DNA from: Hypanus sabinus
Taxonomy: Eukaryota
NCBI RefSeq assembly: GCF_030144855.1
Contig: NC_082722.1
Location: forward strand, 26,970,001-27,034,000
Direction of reading: 5' to 3'
Length of the DNA stretch: 64,000 nt
The notes beneath the pieces were generated by a model. It was not told the origin of the DNA, searched no databases, and saw nothing but the letters and a program-made list of their open reading frames with translations. Below, piece after piece: positions 12,901 through 26,840 of this stretch; positions within the stretch are counted from its first letter, which is position 1, and each line of letters begins with the position of its first letter. Made by a program: the position numbers and the translations under genes.

Positions 12901-13990
12901 GTTTTCCCCTTCCTGAACCCTATCATTCAGGTCCCCATTCCCCTGCCAAATGAGCTAAAACGCTCCCTAACAGCTCTACTAAATGTGACCTCTTGGATCT
13001 TGGACGCCTTTGTGTTCAGGGGTAACCCGCTCTTTTTGTACTGGCCGTATCTCCCGCAGAAGAGGCCCCAGTGATCCAGGAATCTGACGCCCTTCCGCCT
13101 GCACCAGTCTGTCTAACACACTTTAATACGGCTGAACAAGCTGTTTTTCCACTCGCTAGCACGTGGCACAGGCTGCAATCCTGAGATTACTGCCTGAGCG
13201 GTCCTGCTTTCTACCTAACCCCCTGATTTATCTCTTCTCACATCCTCCCTTTTTCTACATTTGTCATTCATACGAAAGTGTATCAGGACTTCTGGCTTTT
13301 CACCCTCTCCCTTCAGAATACTCTGCACCCGTCTGAGATACCCCTTACCCTGGCACCTGGATGGCAACACATCATCCAGGTACCTCTATCAGGCTGACAG
13401 AACCGCCTGTCTGTTCTTCTCACTATTGATCTCCTATGACAACCGCATTCTACCTCTTACTCTTTCCCTTCTATACCACATAGCCAGGCTCAGTGGCACG
13501 GACACAATCGTCATGGTCATCCTCTGTCAGGATATCCCACTGAATCGCTTCCAAAACGAGATAACAATTACAGAGGCGGATGGCCACAGGGAAGCTCATT
13601 ATTATCTGAGCTGTGTCCTTTTCTTCCCTGACCGACACGCACTTATCATAGTCCTGCAGCCTCGGGGTGATTAAATTCCTGTAGATCTATCTATGTCCTG
13701 TTCATTCTCGCTAATACGCTGAAGGTCATGGAGTCACAGCTCCAAATCCCTAACATGGTCTGTCAGGAGCTACATCTCGGTGTACTTGGCACAGGTGTGG
13801 CCATCTGGGAGACTGGAAAAATCCCGGGGTTCCCACATCTGACACCGAGAACAAAATACTAACCCTACCAACATGTTCAAAAAATGTAAAGATATACTTC
13901 AAAAATAGAAAGAGAAAGCAAACATGAAGTCCACCTACCCACTTAACTCGCCGCAGCCTGAATGAGCCAATACCTGTTGCTTCTACTCTC
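9497..13990 (-). mobile_element. Near full-length decayed CR1 LINE
   Basis: APE endonuclease fragments (MNARSIRNK, VVAISETW, IIGDFN), RT C-terminus (YKALVRPHLEYCVQFWAP) and an upstream ORF1/5' region. Confidence 0.9.
10915..11364 (+). mobile_element. 5'-truncated CR1 inserted in opposite orientation inside the 9.5-14 kb CR1
   Basis: ELGLFFLEPRRLRAELIEVIKIMRGIDRVD, a (TTCTATR)n tail, and flanking atgcc on both sides (possible TSD). Confidence 0.8.
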
Positions 13991-14249
13991 GTCACTGGCC
14001 GCACTGCTTAACAATTCCGTACTTTATTTCGTCGAGCTTATCTGCCGCCGCTGATAGGTCCCGCATAATTGACCAATGTCCGCGAAGCTCTCGTTTTATA
14101 TAATGGAGATATCAGTACCGTCTTTAAGCAAGATTTTGCTACCGGAGCACTGAAAAGTGGCTAAAGAGCATTCACTTAAGAAGGCCCGCGAGTACAGGTA
14201 CCGAGCCAAATATAGATGTCGGGAAAAGATACTGAATGAAGGACAGAAT

Positions 14250-14900
14250 CTGGCAAAATCTGGAAAAGCAAAGAGAGTAAAAGTCACCGTCACAATGGGC
14301 TTCTCATGGGGAATCCTCTCTCACAAATGTGATTCAGTTGAAGAGACTGTGCAGAAAATTGCTAAAGAGAGGCAAGTAGACTATATCTTAATTAAATTTT
14401 GTAAGATCCCATATGATGATCTAGTACACAAAGCAGGGTGACACGGGAGCCAGAGTGAGCCAGCCAACTGAACACAGGAGCACAAAATTGATTTACTAGG
14501 GAATCATATGGTGATAGTGGAGATTTGAAACCAAGAATGAAGGCTTGCAACTAGTGATGTATTGAACAGGTAGGTTCTGGTTGCAGTATTGTTTGACATC
14601 TCTGAGATATTTAGATAATAGTATTTTTAGATTGTTAATAAATATCAGGATGTTGCGGAGTTAGTGATATACCAGACAGGGGACGTTAACTAAGACGAGG
14701 AACTGGGAAAGTGGGCCGAGCAATTGCAGATAGATTTTAACTCGGATATTTGCAAATATTGCTTTGATGCTTTTTGGCTAAATAAGCTACGGCAGAAATT
14801 GCGCAATAGAATTATATCCCTGGGAGTTGAAGTAGGACACGGTGACTGAGAGGTACAGGCACGTGATCTGTAAAATTGTCGGTCGAGATGGACTGGCTGG
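14250..14900 (+). mobile_element. Highly decayed CR1 RT fragment
   Basis: VDYILIKFCKIPYDDLVHK resembles the CR1 motif VDVVYxDFxKAFDKVPH. Confidence 0.5.
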
Positions 14901-14929
14901 TAAGGAAGTTGTTCACCATTGAACGGACA

Positions 14930-15810
14930 GTTCGGAATCAGAATCAGTATCACAATCAGGTTTATTATCACCTGCATGTGTCGTGAAATTTGTTAACTTA
15001 GCAGCAGCTGATTAATAGAATAAATAATCTAGACAGAGGGAAATCAATAAATCTAATAGACTATGCGCATATTAAATAGATTTAAAAACGTGAAAAAATA
15101 GAAATAATATGTATTTAAAAACTGGTAGTATTCACGGGTTCAAAGTTCATTTAGGAATTGGATGGCAGAGGGGAACAAGCTGATCCTGAATTGCATAGTG
15201 TGTTCCTCCTACCTGAGGTTAACAGTGGGAACGTCAAATGCCTTCGGTGCTGGGGATCCTTCATAATGGACACAGACTTTCTGAGACACCACTCCTTGAA
15301 GATGTCCCGAGTACTTTGTAGGCATATACCCAAGATGAATCCGACTAAGTATTCCGAACCTCGGCAGCTACTTTCAGTCCTGTGCAGTAGCCCACCCCTC
15401 CCCGCACCATGCCAGACGGTGACGCAGCCTGTCAGAATGCTGCCCACAGTACAGTTATAGAAGTTCTTGAGTGTTTCTTTGGCCACCTTTCTTCAAACAC
15501 TAATGAAGTGTAGTCGCTGTCTTACCTTTTTTATAGCTGCATCAATATGTTGGAACCAGATTAAATCCTCAGAGAGCTTAACGCCCAGGGACCTGAAACT
15601 GATCACTCTCTCCACTTCTGATTCCTCTATGAGGATTGGTGTGTATTCTTTCGTCTTAACCTTCTTGAAGTCCACAAGTATCTCTTTCATCTTACTGACG
15701 TTGATTGCAAGTTGTGGCAATGAGTTCAGGATCTGGGACGTCATGTTCAACTGTAAAAATCGTTGGTGAAACAGTACGTTCTGCATTCGTTGGTGAAAAT
15801 ATGCTGTGCA
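14930..15810 (-). mobile_element. Rex1/Babar-type LINE 3' part
   Basis: INVSKMKEILVDFKK...FRSLGV; LKNFYNCTVGSILTGCVTVW...IMKDPQH..LTSGRR; (GATTCT)-like tail at about 14930-14960. Confidence 0.85.
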
Positions 15811-16049
15811 TTTTGATCGCCAACTATCGAAAAGAGGTGATGAAGCTTCAGATTGTGCTGAAAAGATTGACAAGTGTGTTAGGAGGACAGAGTGATTTTC
15901 ACTGTAGAAAGAGACTGGGGCTATTTATCCCTAGAGCATAGGTGGTTGCGCGGTGACCAGTAATGTCAGGAAGGGCGTAGGCGGGGGTATGATCATAGAA
16001 TTTTTCCCAGAATCGGTTAACTGAAAATGGGTTTTCTGAAACTGAAATT

Positions 16050-16336
16050 NNNNNNNNNNNNNNNNNNNNNNNNNNNNNNNNNNNNNNNNNNNNNNNNNNN
16101 NNNNNNNNNNNNNNNNNNNNNNNNNNNNNNNNNNNNNNNNNNNNNNNNNNNNNNNNNNNNNNNNNNNNNNNNNNNNNNNNNNNNNNNNNNNNNNNNNNNN
16201 NNNNNNNNNNNNNNNNNNNNNNNNNNNNNNNNNNNNNNNNNNNNNNNNNNNNNNNNNNNNNNNNNNNNNNNNNNNNNNNNNNNNNNNNNNNNNNNNNNNN
16301 NNNNNNNNNNNNNNNNNNNNNNNNNNNNNNNNNNNG
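16050..16336. other. Assembly gap (N)
   Basis: Run of N, flanked by CR1 3' sequence. Confidence 1.
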
Positions 16337-16783
16337 GCAAGTTCCAAAAGAGGTTTGGTAAATGGAACAGGTTACCAGATGAATCTGTAGAAGAGGGTAC
16401 GATTCTATTGTGTGAAGTACTTTTGGATTGCTACATGGATAGAAGAAGTTTATTTTGGCAAGATCCAAACACAGCTAAATGCGACCAGCTGGGGTCATCA
16501 ACGATCCATAGTTCAATACTTCCAATTTAACATCAGAGACTGCATGCAATATGCAAACTAAAATTCTTGGCCTTTGCAGACATCATGAAAACTGAAGAGC
16601 ACCCTAACCAATTGATGACAACAGACAAGTTAGAACCCCAAAGTCTTCGTCTCCCCGTCCCACGAACGAGTAGCAACCTTCAGTTACCACTACCCCAGCA
16701 AGAAAATAACATCAAAGTCTGCAGTATGAAAAAGAAATCTCGAAGTTCGGAAACAAGCTCTTGATTTCAATCAACGAGAGAAC

Positions 16784-16796
16784 TGTGTGTGTGTAT

Positions 16797-16860
<64 letters not shown>
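16784..16860. repeat. (GT)n microsatellite
   Basis: Seen directly. Confidence 1.
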
Positions 16861-16899
16861 ATGTGCGTGTTTCTGTGTGAGAGACAGCGAATACTGTAA

Positions 16900-19800
16900 A
16901 TAAGCAAATACAGGAACCACACCTATGAAATGAATTTCGGTGCAAAAGTACCTACTTTGAATTCAGAACTGCAAGGTATTTTCTCTGACTAGAAGAGAAT
17001 GATGGGAATCGCATTTGAGGGTAAAACAAAGTGCAGCGCAGATGTCTTATGACTTTAAAATGCACTTTACAAATATTGGCCGGATTATTTTTAACTCTAC
17101 AGATGCTTTTAATTGCAATTTGTGCTGAAAAATGTATTTATGTCTTTGGAAGTACTGATAACTATGAAAACATTATTTTTCCCTGTTGTACATGGGATGC
17201 TTTAAATTAGGAAATTTAAAAAAAATCACCCTTTTATATCGATTTGGATTTGACAGCACGAGTGGACACCGGATGTTATTGGACTATTTTTTTTCAAGCG
17301 ACGGATTAAACTATTGATGTAACCGCAGGAATTTGGTAGTATTATTCATGTGCATGTTCAAGTACTGCAAATTCCACAATACTTTCTGTTATAATGTAGA
17401 AAGATTATCGGGAGAATCAAAGGTGAGAAACAAAGTTAAAGCCTTAGATTTATTGCGTTACATCGGGTTCCTATTCAGTATTCTCTGTTCTGTTTCTCCC
17501 TGTATCAGCAACTGTTGATCCCTATGTTCCCTGCATTTTTGAGGACATCCAACGTGCGGATGTTTTATTTGTTTATTTACTTATTTAATTGAGATACAGA
17601 GTGGAGTAGGCACTTCCAGGTTAGGCAGGTGACCCTATTAACCTTCGCCGAACGTTATAATAAAGCTTCACATTTTTGTGACGGAATGCACACGACATAT
17701 AATCGAAATACGGACATTACAGAGTAGGCAAAGAAGCATTTAGTTGAAACATTTAGTTGGGTATAGTCTTTGAAGTCACATGCTTAACCGATATCCATTC
17801 TATGCAACCTAAGTGTCGTGTTAAAAAAAACATCCGTGCAAATGAATTTTTTGAGATATACTACAAATGTACCAATAAAAACTTCCCGTGATATCAACGG
17901 GCTCGTTAGTGCATTTCTGCTCTCTGCTATTTATGACTTCCTATTCATTTGTCAGAGAATTTTCCCGTTGAGCTTTAGCTGAAAAAGGAAAGTAAATCGT
18001 GGAGTACGGCATGAGAGGGATTTTTCTCCCGTCCCGATCACGAACGAGGTTCTTAGGTAGCTGGTATTATACCTGCCTCTACAATAATACCACTTTCTCG
18101 GGCAGCTTGCTTTACAAATCTATCGTCTCCTATGTGAAAACCATACTATGCGCAGTCCCCCTTTAAATATTTTCTCTCTCAATTCAGAACGATATCTAAC
18201 TTTAGATCTCTGGGTTTGCAAAATGGACTGTGAGCAGCTACTATATTAATGTCCGTTAACATACTTCTTTTTGTTTCCTGTTCTCTACAACGAACGATCC
18301 ACGTCTGTCCAATCTCTCTATGCCACTAAAACCTCCATTCCAGGTAATATCCCAATTAATGTCATCTGCAATATTTCTCACTCTACCATGTACATTCTAT
18401 CTTGTGGTGACCAGAAGAGCACGCAATGCTCAAAGTGGGGCCAATCCAAAGGCTACAAAGGCAAACAATGCCCCAACCCTCGTCAATACACTGCCAAGTG
18501 GGTCCGTAGGCTACTTAAAATATTCTCTTTTATGACTTTTTTTTCAAGGTGGCTGTGGCCTTGTCAGAGACCGTGATCTCCAGTTGCCCTCAAAATGTGT
18601 TTTATTCTCAGCGGTGCAAGCTGCAGTACAGTACGTTTATAATTTTATGAATTATATTCACAATCGCTCTATTAAGTACCGGGTTTTTCCACAATTGTAT
18701 TAACACATTTCAAAATTATCTTAATATATTTTCTGCAATATATTAACAATATATGATAGAAATTCCAGCTGTCTGGCAAATAAGGCAATGTGTGGGAGAG
18801 CATTGCAATATTGGTGCGACCGCACCAATGCAGCTCAGAGGGAAAGTGTTGGAGAGTGTTTCCGGAATACAGACGGGAGGTTGATTTCCTAATAAACCCA
18901 GCTGTGTGAACAATGTTCTGCATTTTTACCGTCTTGTGGAAACTCCTGCTAACAATGTGTTCGAAGCTTACATGTAACTTTGCATCACGTTACGTTTGAA
19001 TCTTGCTGTAAAATTACTTCACATTGTGTTCACTACAGACGAGTATTATTCACTCTGGAAAAACCTCTTAAAATAGGCACTTGCATAAAAAAGCATCCAG
19101 AGACTGATGAAATATTGATGTCGGATTTTAAAAAAAATGAATCATCTCATCATCCGTGGACTCCAGACTCTGGGTCTTCCGGCTGCCGATGGTCTCATTT
19201 GGCTTAATAATAGGCACCTGATTCTCATATTGTGGCCGAGAATATAAGTGGCCCTGGGTTCGAGTGCAGGTGGTGGTTCGTCTGGTCAGTATCCTGTCCT
19301 TCCTTTGTGGGTTTCATCTTGTCAGTACCCTATCTCTCTGAGATTGGTTTGGACGTCCTTGCCGTGACCCTCTGGTGGGATCTGCCCCTCCCAGACCTTG
19401 CCTTGGGTAAGTCAGGCCGTCATTGCCGTTAACCTGAAACTGAACTGTTCCCTTCCTTCCCAAAGAAGCTCTGACTGCAAACTACGCCTGGAGCCTTGCC
19501 GGCTACCCAAGCCTGAGGTTCTGTCCTGTAACCTGTGACTGGAGCCTTGCCCAGCAACGTGTGTCCGGTGACTCGCCTTATTTCGAACTGTCTCTCTGTG
19601 TCCACCTCATCGCTAGGTACGTCCGGTTGATTGCCGTTACCTCGCGTTGGGAACTGCCTCTCCGTGCCCATGTCTTCGCTAGGTCGGTCCGGCCATTTGC
19701 CGCTACATAGCGTTAGAACTCTCTCGTCATATTTAGCTTTCCATGTTCTGTGTATGAGTCCCGGCCCCACGTCCCGTCCCATAGGAGGGGTCCTGACTCT

Positions 19801-20830
19801 GTGTTCCACGTTACTGTATCTCCCTCGTCCAAAGCTCTGCCCAGTTCTGGGTCTTTGCCCAGTCTCTGGTTCGGAGAACAGACCCAAGGCTAGTAGAACC
19901 CTAGCCTTGTCATGTCCTCGTCCTGGGCCGACTTCGAGCCCAAGTCAAGGTCCAGTTTCTGGGTCCTTGACCAGTCTCTAGCTCGGAGTCCAAGCCCAGG
20001 CTCCTAATTCCCAGTTTCATGTAATGGTTCTGCTGTTCTTGTCAAGACCTAGCCCAGGCCCAGAGTTCTTGTCTCGTCCGGAGCCTGTGTCGTGTCCAGC
20101 GTCATTTCTTCCTCACATCCCATGCTACCTTCTCACGTGTAATCTTGTTCCTGGTAGCTCAGTGTCTGTGTCTGGCTTATGTGTCGTCTCCCAAAGTGCC
20201 CCCGCACATGACACCCTATGAATAAACGATGTTGTTTCTAACCAACATCTGCATGTTGCAGTCACAAAGAGTCATGCAGCAACAAACTACTTCTTAACAA
20301 AGTCGACAAATCCTGAAAATTTTAGCATGACGGCAATGGCCACGACAGCCTCCTTGCCCTCTCATCTGCATTTGTGACTTCAGATTTCTAAATATAATTC
20401 TGTCCCTTTATTGACATAGAGTTATCACGCCTGATGTCCCTATCGAACAAGGAAGTCAAATGATTGCTTCTCAGTCAAATACTTCGAAAGAATTAAACGT
20501 TGCACAGCAAGAGACAATCTTTATTCGCTGTTATTACAATTAAGTTACCCAGTGCTTTACCACGAAGCTTTGAAAGTGAAATCGTTTCTCGTATCTACTT
20601 GTTTCCATATGGGTTGGAACACAATTCAGTTCAGGCTTACAAGATGCTAAGATCACTTATATGTTGCTTTCTTCTTATATCGAGTCACAGAGTAAGTCGG
20701 ACACACGGATAATTCTGTATATTCTATATATTTACTGCTGCCCAATCCGTATGAATCTTGTTTTTGCATCGAGTTGTTAAGAAAGAATTGCCAGTAGAGG
20801 GCGTGGCGATGCAGAGTGGAGACTGGTCTG
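16900..20830. repeat. Older paralogous segment (unit C) of about 830-5370, interrupted by a solo LTR
   Basis: Matching blocks: 16990-17100 vs 890-980, 17365-17430 vs 1372-1447, 20500-20710 vs 8420-8610 and 20780-20820 vs 5325-5370. Confidence 0.75.
19155..20213 (+). mobile_element. Solo LTR of the TRIM-like family at 25470-35371
   Basis: Shares blocks (gttgggaactgcctctccgtg, cggagtccaagcccaggctcct, gtccagcgtcatttct) and ends in ...atgaca. It interrupts unit C relative to units A/B. The 5' boundary is approximate. Confidence 0.75.
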
Positions 20831-20983
20831 ATTTTTTGTTCGATACTTCTTCATCTCAGTTTCTGATTTAATAGTTCTGCTACGTAATTCATTTCAAACC
20901 CAAGTGCTTTCCGAAACCGCAAGAGTTTGCTCATCGAGGTATAGCATTCAAAACCAGATGTTGCCGGAATAATGAATTTGCAT

Positions 20984-21811
20984 TATTACGGATTCAGAAT
21001 CAATAAATATATGAGAGAGGCAGGGGTTTTTATAACAAGTAAAACATTTATTAAACACTGAAAAACAAACCCCCAAAAGTAAACAAACTACTCACGTAAC
21101 CAGAAGTCAGCTGCTGTGCGGCACCTTACACAGTTCTTCAAATAAGTATTGCAAAAGTTCAAAATGCTTACAGTCCATTTAAGGAGAGACTTTTTATGAC
21201 GATTTAAATTCTCTTTCACGTCGTGTTGTTTCGCTTCCCAGTCGAACTACTTTCCCACGAAGCATTTACGAAGATGGAAGATGAAACTGCTTAAAGGCAC
21301 TGACCTTCCCTTTACAAAATTGTTCAAAATCCTTTCTGCTATTCACAGGGATTAACAATGGGGTCAGTCAACGAATTCCTTCCGAATGAGGATTAAACAA
21401 GGTCGAACCTGTTTCACCGTCGAAATCGGCTTTCCTCGAACTTTTAACTCCCGAACTCCGATCTTCACTCTCCACTGATTCTCAACTATATATAGAAATT
21501 ATAAAGAAATTATATTATAAAGAAACTGCTGGCAATGACCTTTTAAACTTTAGGCATTGAATAAAACCATCTTTCAACTAAACTGCGTCATAACATTAAA
21601 TCACGCAATGGCATGAAGTCAGCATAGCACATACAGCTACGAACTGCCCCTCCTTTTATACCCTGTAAAAAAAAAACCTGTCACATGACCTCTACTGGCG
21701 GGGAAAATGACGTCACTTCACCATCACAAGAACATTACCTCAAATCCAGTATCGCTTCAACATCTGTCACGTGACAAGTGCACCACTGTCACCTGTCAGG
21801 GGTACGTAATA
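20984..21811 (-). mobile_element. Solo LTR of the Gmr1-like Gypsy family
   Basis: Colinear with LTRs 26841-27667 and 32505-33392. Degenerate ends tattacg...cgtaata; flanks gcat/gcaa (TSD with one mismatch). Confidence 0.88.
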
Positions 21812-22826
21812 GCAATGTGTCCTGCTTTCAATAAGAACAATGCAATGAAAGACGCACCATTCTTTGTTGGTGTAGTGTCGAATGATGTAGACGTACAAAT
21901 ACACATGCCTTACAGAGTTACAAAGCTGTGTTAGTGACACATGACATAAATGGCAAGATTTTCACCCATATTCACAAAGTTTGAATTGAAAACTCTATGT
22001 ACATCCTGGGTGGAATGGACAACTGAAAAAAAAACCCGAAGGGAACAAAAAAAAACTGATTTATAAACAAAGCGAAGGTATACTCGATTATTGAGCAAGT
22101 TCGTGTAATTAACAGTAATAATGCAGAAATCAGCATAATCATTTTTAAATAACATGGGCCAAATATGCTATTTATATAAACTCATAATTTGGATTTCACT
22201 TTGGCTTGATGTGAACAAGAGGCAGGATTAATACCAATCAAGTTCTGTGCTAATGTTTTCAACAACTTCAACATAATGACAAACTAATTCAACAATTTTG
22301 TGTGAATTATTTCCTGCTGTAGAATCCTCGTCCACTCTTTCGTCAATCCAAATCTGCGGATTCCAAGAATTGGTTACATTGCTAACAACAATTCTTTTCA
22401 TTCTCTCATTTACCTTGATTGTTTATGAACCTATTTCCCCTGCAATTCACACTCTAGGTACACGTTGACAGCTTGTCTGGGCGAGCATTTGGCCAGCAAC
22501 TTTGGAAGTAGGATTTGTGACTGTGTGGCATTTAATGTTCTACCTCAGTAGTAACTTACTTATTTTGGCCCTTAACGATTTTGCCACTGCAACTGGACGG
22601 CACAATCAAAGTTGTAAGAATACCGTAATTTAGTAATTTCAGAACGTACCCTGCGGGTTTTCAGACAGCTGGTTGTAGATCCACTGCCGTTGTTTAATGC
22701 TACTCTAGAACAGTGTTTCCCAGCCATTTGAGCCCAAAGACCCCTTTGGAACTTTCAAACTTGCCAACGACCCTCTTAAGCACAGTAAGCATACCGGTGC
22801 CACCGTAGTGCAACACCTGTCTGCTA

Positions 22827-24430
22827 CAGTGGCATGCAAAAGTGTGTGCACCACGCTCAATATGTCTGTTACTTTGAATTGCTAAGCGAGTAAAAAAATG
22901 ACCTGATTTCCAAAAGGCATGAAGATGATGACAGACTTCTTTAATATTTTAAGCGAGATTCCTTTTTTTTTATTTCCATCTTTTCAGTTTCAAAGTAACA
23001 AAAAAAGAAAAGGGTCCAAAGTAAATGCTCGGACAACCTGCATGGTCAGTATTTAGTAGCAATGCTTTTTGGAAGTATGACAGCTTGTGAACTCTTTTTG
23101 CAGCCAGCCAGGTGTCTTACAATTCTTGTTCGGTGGATATTCGCCCATTCTTTCTTGCAAAAGGCTTCAATTTCTGTGAGATTCCTGGGCTGTATTGATC
23201 TGGTCTTTTGAGGTCTATCCACTGATTTTCGATGATGTTCAGGTCTGGGGATGTGAGGGCCATGGCAAAACCTTGAGCTTGCGCTACTTGAGGTTGTTCA
23301 TTCTGGATTTTGAGGTGAGTTTAGGGTTATTATCCTGTTGTAGAAGCCATCCTCTTTTCATTTTCAGACTTTTACAGACGGTGTGACGGTTGTTCCAGTA
23401 TTTGGTGGTATTTAATTGAATTCATTCTTCTCTTTACCACTGAAAGGTTCCCCGTGCCACTGGCTGCAACACAAGCCCAAAACATGATAGATCCACGTCG
23501 TGCTTCAAGTGCTCTTTTCAGAAAATTCTGCACCCTTTTTTCTCCAAAGATACATTTGCTCATTGCGGGCAACAAGTTCTATTTTAACTTCAATAGTCCA
23601 CAGGACTTGTTTCTGAAATCCATCAGGTTTGTTTAGATGTTCCTTTGCAAACTTCTGAAGCTAAATATTGTGGTCAGGACGCAAGAAAGGTTCTATTCTG
23701 ATGACTCTTCCATGATGGTTATAATTCTGCAGGTGCCGTTGCACAGTAGAACTGTGAACCACCACTCTATAGTCTGCTAACTCTTCGGAAAGGTCTTTTG
23801 CAGCCGAACGGGGAGTTTGAATTGCCTTTCTAGCATACTAACCAGCAGTTCTCTCGGAAAGGTTTCTAGGTCTTCCAGAACTCAACTTGACCACGTCTGT
23901 TCCTGTTAACTGCCATTTCTTAATTACATTACGAACTGAGGAAACGGATACCTGAAAACTCTTTGCTAACTTCTTATAGACTTCTCCTGATTTTTGGGCA
24001 TCATTTATTTTAATTTTCAGAGTGCTCGGCAGCTGCTCAGTGGGGCCCATGGCTGCTGATTCTTAGAAAAAGGTTTGAAGATCAGGGCATTTATAAAGCT
24101 TTGAAATCTGCATCATCTGGTCTTACCTAACGAAGATTCTGAACAAGCTATAGCCCTAACAAGTTAATTAGTGTCTGAGACCTTGATAAAAGTTATCTGA
24201 AAGCTTCAATCTCTGGACAGCCCAAACTTCGAAATGGTGCTCCTTTCCCCTTTTAACTCTAAAATTGCACAAAACAAAATTAATAAACTAATCTTGCTAA
24301 AATGTTGAAAATAATGTTACATCTTTAACTTTCCGACTTTTGGGGATCAGTTCATCTTCTTCTTACTTAACTGTTCAGAGTGATAGACAGAAATTTTGAC
24401 CATGGTTGCCCAAACATTGACTGCCGTTGT
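22827..24430 (-). mobile_element. Tc1/mariner DNA transposon, decayed
   Basis: TA|CAGTGGCATGCAAAAGT terminus. Transposase fragments MGPTEQLPSTLKIKI..SGEVYKKLAKSFQVSVSSVRNVIKKWQLTG..SGRPR (HTH) and GSIMFWACVAASGTGNL (DDE region). The right TIR is degenerate. Confidence 0.9.
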
Positions 24431-25679
24431 CTATGCTAAATTGAGTAAAATAAATTCTCCGGGGTGGCAGGTTCACCGATTACCTCCAATTCACCTTTTG
24501 GCTCTAGTCAAGAGCAGTACCATTGCGCGACCTGCTTTCTGTGCATCTGTAGAGAAAGTTGAGATGCTGTACTTGGCTTACCAATTATTAAATTGTATGA
24601 ACTATATCGAGTAGCAGATAGGGAAGCAGATCCTGGATAGGTGTAATAATAACAGAGTTGTCGTGATGAGAGAAATTAATTCTCCAAATATCGATAGGCA
24701 TCTCTCGTGACCAAGGGGGTTAGATGGTGTGGAGTTTATTAGATGGGTTTAGGAAGGTTTCTTGACACAATATGTAGATAAGCCTACAAGAGTAAAGACT
24801 GTACTTGATTTGATATTGGGAATTGAACCTGGTCAGGTGTCAGATCTCACAGTGAGAGAGCATTTTGGAGATAGTGATCAAAATTCCATGTCATTTACAA
24901 TAAAATTGGAGAGAGATAGGAACAGACAGGTTAGAAAGCGTTTCACTGAAGTACGGGGAATTATGCGTCTATCAGTCAGGAAATTGGAAGTTTCTGAGGG
25001 AGAAGTACGGAAGAAATGAGGCAATCGTTCAAGGGATATTTGTGTGGGGTTCTGCATAGGTGCATCCCAGTGAGGGACAGGGAAGTTAGGGTATGGTACA
25101 GGAAGCGTAGTGTACAAAGGCTGTAATATATCTAGTCAGCAAGAAAAGAAAAGCTTAAAAACGATTCAGAGCGTTAAGTAATATTAGGGACCTAGAAGAT
25201 TATAAGACTAACAGGAAGGAGATTGGAAAGGAAATTAGGAGAACAAGAAGGGGCCATGAGAACGCTTGACTGGCAAGATTAAGGAAAACCCCAAGGCATT
25301 CTACAAGTATGAGAAGAGCAAGAGGATAAGACATGTAAAAATAGGAGCAGTCAAGGGTGATAATGGGAAAGTGTGTATGGAAACGGAGTAAATAGCAGGG
25401 GGACTTATTGAATACTTTATTATCAGTATTCAGTACAGAAAAGGATCTTGGTGATTGTAGGGCAGACTTTGCCATTGTCCAGTCCGTGAATTCTGCATTC
25501 CGGTTCACGGACCGGTCCAGTTCCTTATTCCAGGTTTTCAGGGTATCCCCAATTTCTGTTGAGGCAGCTGATTCTTGTTTGGCTTGGTCTCTCAAATAGC
25601 TTCAGGAGTTAGCCTTTGGCTGTTGATTTGTTCCTGTCCAAACCACCACTTGCCTGTATCCCTTCTCTTCAAATTCCTG

Positions 25680-26640
25680 CCTGGAGTCTTGCTTTGCCTC
25701 TCCTCCCCTCCCCTCGTCTCGTCTCTGCCTGGAGCCTTGCCTTGCCTCAGCTTGCCTCCGCCTGGAACATCGCCTTTCTTCTGCCTGGATACTCCCCTTG
25801 CTTCGCCTTGCCTCACCTTCCCTCTGCCTGGAACCTCGCCATGCCTCTGCATGGAGCCTTGACTCGCCTTGCCTCAGCCTGGAGCATCGCGGTGCCTCGG
25901 CTTGCGTCAGCCTGGAGCCTTGCCTCGCCTCGCCGCGCGTTGCTTCTGCCTGGAGCCTCGCCATGCCTTGCCTCTGCCTGGATCCTCGCCTTGCCTCGCC
26001 TTGCCTCTGCTTGGAGACTTGCCTCGAGTTACTTCTGCCTGTCGCCTTCCCTCTGCCTGGCACCTTACCTGGCCTCACCTTCCCTCTGCCTGGAACCTCG
26101 CCATGCCTCTGCCTGGAGCCTTGACTCGCCTTGCCTCAGCCTGGAGCATCGCGTTGATTCGCCTTGCGTCAGGCTGGAGTCTTGCCTCGCATCGCCTAGC
26201 CTTGCTTCTGCCTGGAGCCTAGCCTTTCCTTGCCTGGCCTCTGCCTGGAGACTCGCCTCGCCTTGCCTCAGCATGGAGTGTTGCCTTGCCTCGTCTTGCC
26301 TCTGCCTGGATCATCGCCTTGCCTCGCCTTTTTTTCAGTCTGGAGCCTCGCGTTGCCTCTGCCTGGAGTTTTGCCTCGTCTTACTTCTGCTTGGCGTCTT
26401 GCCTCGCCTTACCTCTGCCTGGAGCATTGCCTCGCCTTGCTTCTGCCTGGAGCCGAGCCTTGTCTGGCGTTGCCTCAGCATAGAACGTTGCCTTGCCTCG
26501 GCTTGCCTCTGCCTAGTTCCGCTCCTGGCCTCGCCTTGCCTCAGCCTGGAATCACGCCTCGCCTCGCTTTGCCTCTGTAAGTAGCCACGCCTTGCCTCGC
26601 CTTGCCTCTTCCCGGAGCCCTGCCATGCCTTGCCTATGTC
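25680..26640. repeat. GC-rich minisatellite of GCCTTGCCTC / GCCTGGA units inside LTR1 (shorter array at about 34295-34610 in LTR2)
   Basis: Seen directly; it explains the stop-free low-complexity ORFs. Confidence 0.95.
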
Positions 26641-26840
26641 TCGAGCCTCACGCTGTTTGGAACTGTCTGACTGTGTCCACACCTCTCGGTACGTCCGATC
26701 GTTTTGCCGCCATCTAGCGATGGAAACTGTCTCGTCGAGTTCAGCGTTCTGTATAATGAGTCGCGGCCGTACGCCCTCTATCGAAGGAGAGGTCCCGGCT
26801 CTGTGCTCTGTGTAATGAGTCCGGGCGCTACGTACTGTAC

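Noticed and set aside
15899-16530. ORFs spanning the N run
   Set aside because: Artefacts of the assembly gap.
16580-16764. 61-codon plus-strand ORF after a good acceptor
   Set aside because: No recognisable motif and no paralog support; its length is within chance expectation.
21850-22790. Possible hAT transposase relic with a CAGTGTTTCCCA terminus near 22710
   Set aside because: Too degenerate to assign without a repeat library.
25592-26682. Long stop-free ORFs up to 322 aa in several frames
   Set aside because: They arise from the GCCTTGCCTC minisatellite inside an LTR; low complexity and open on both strands.
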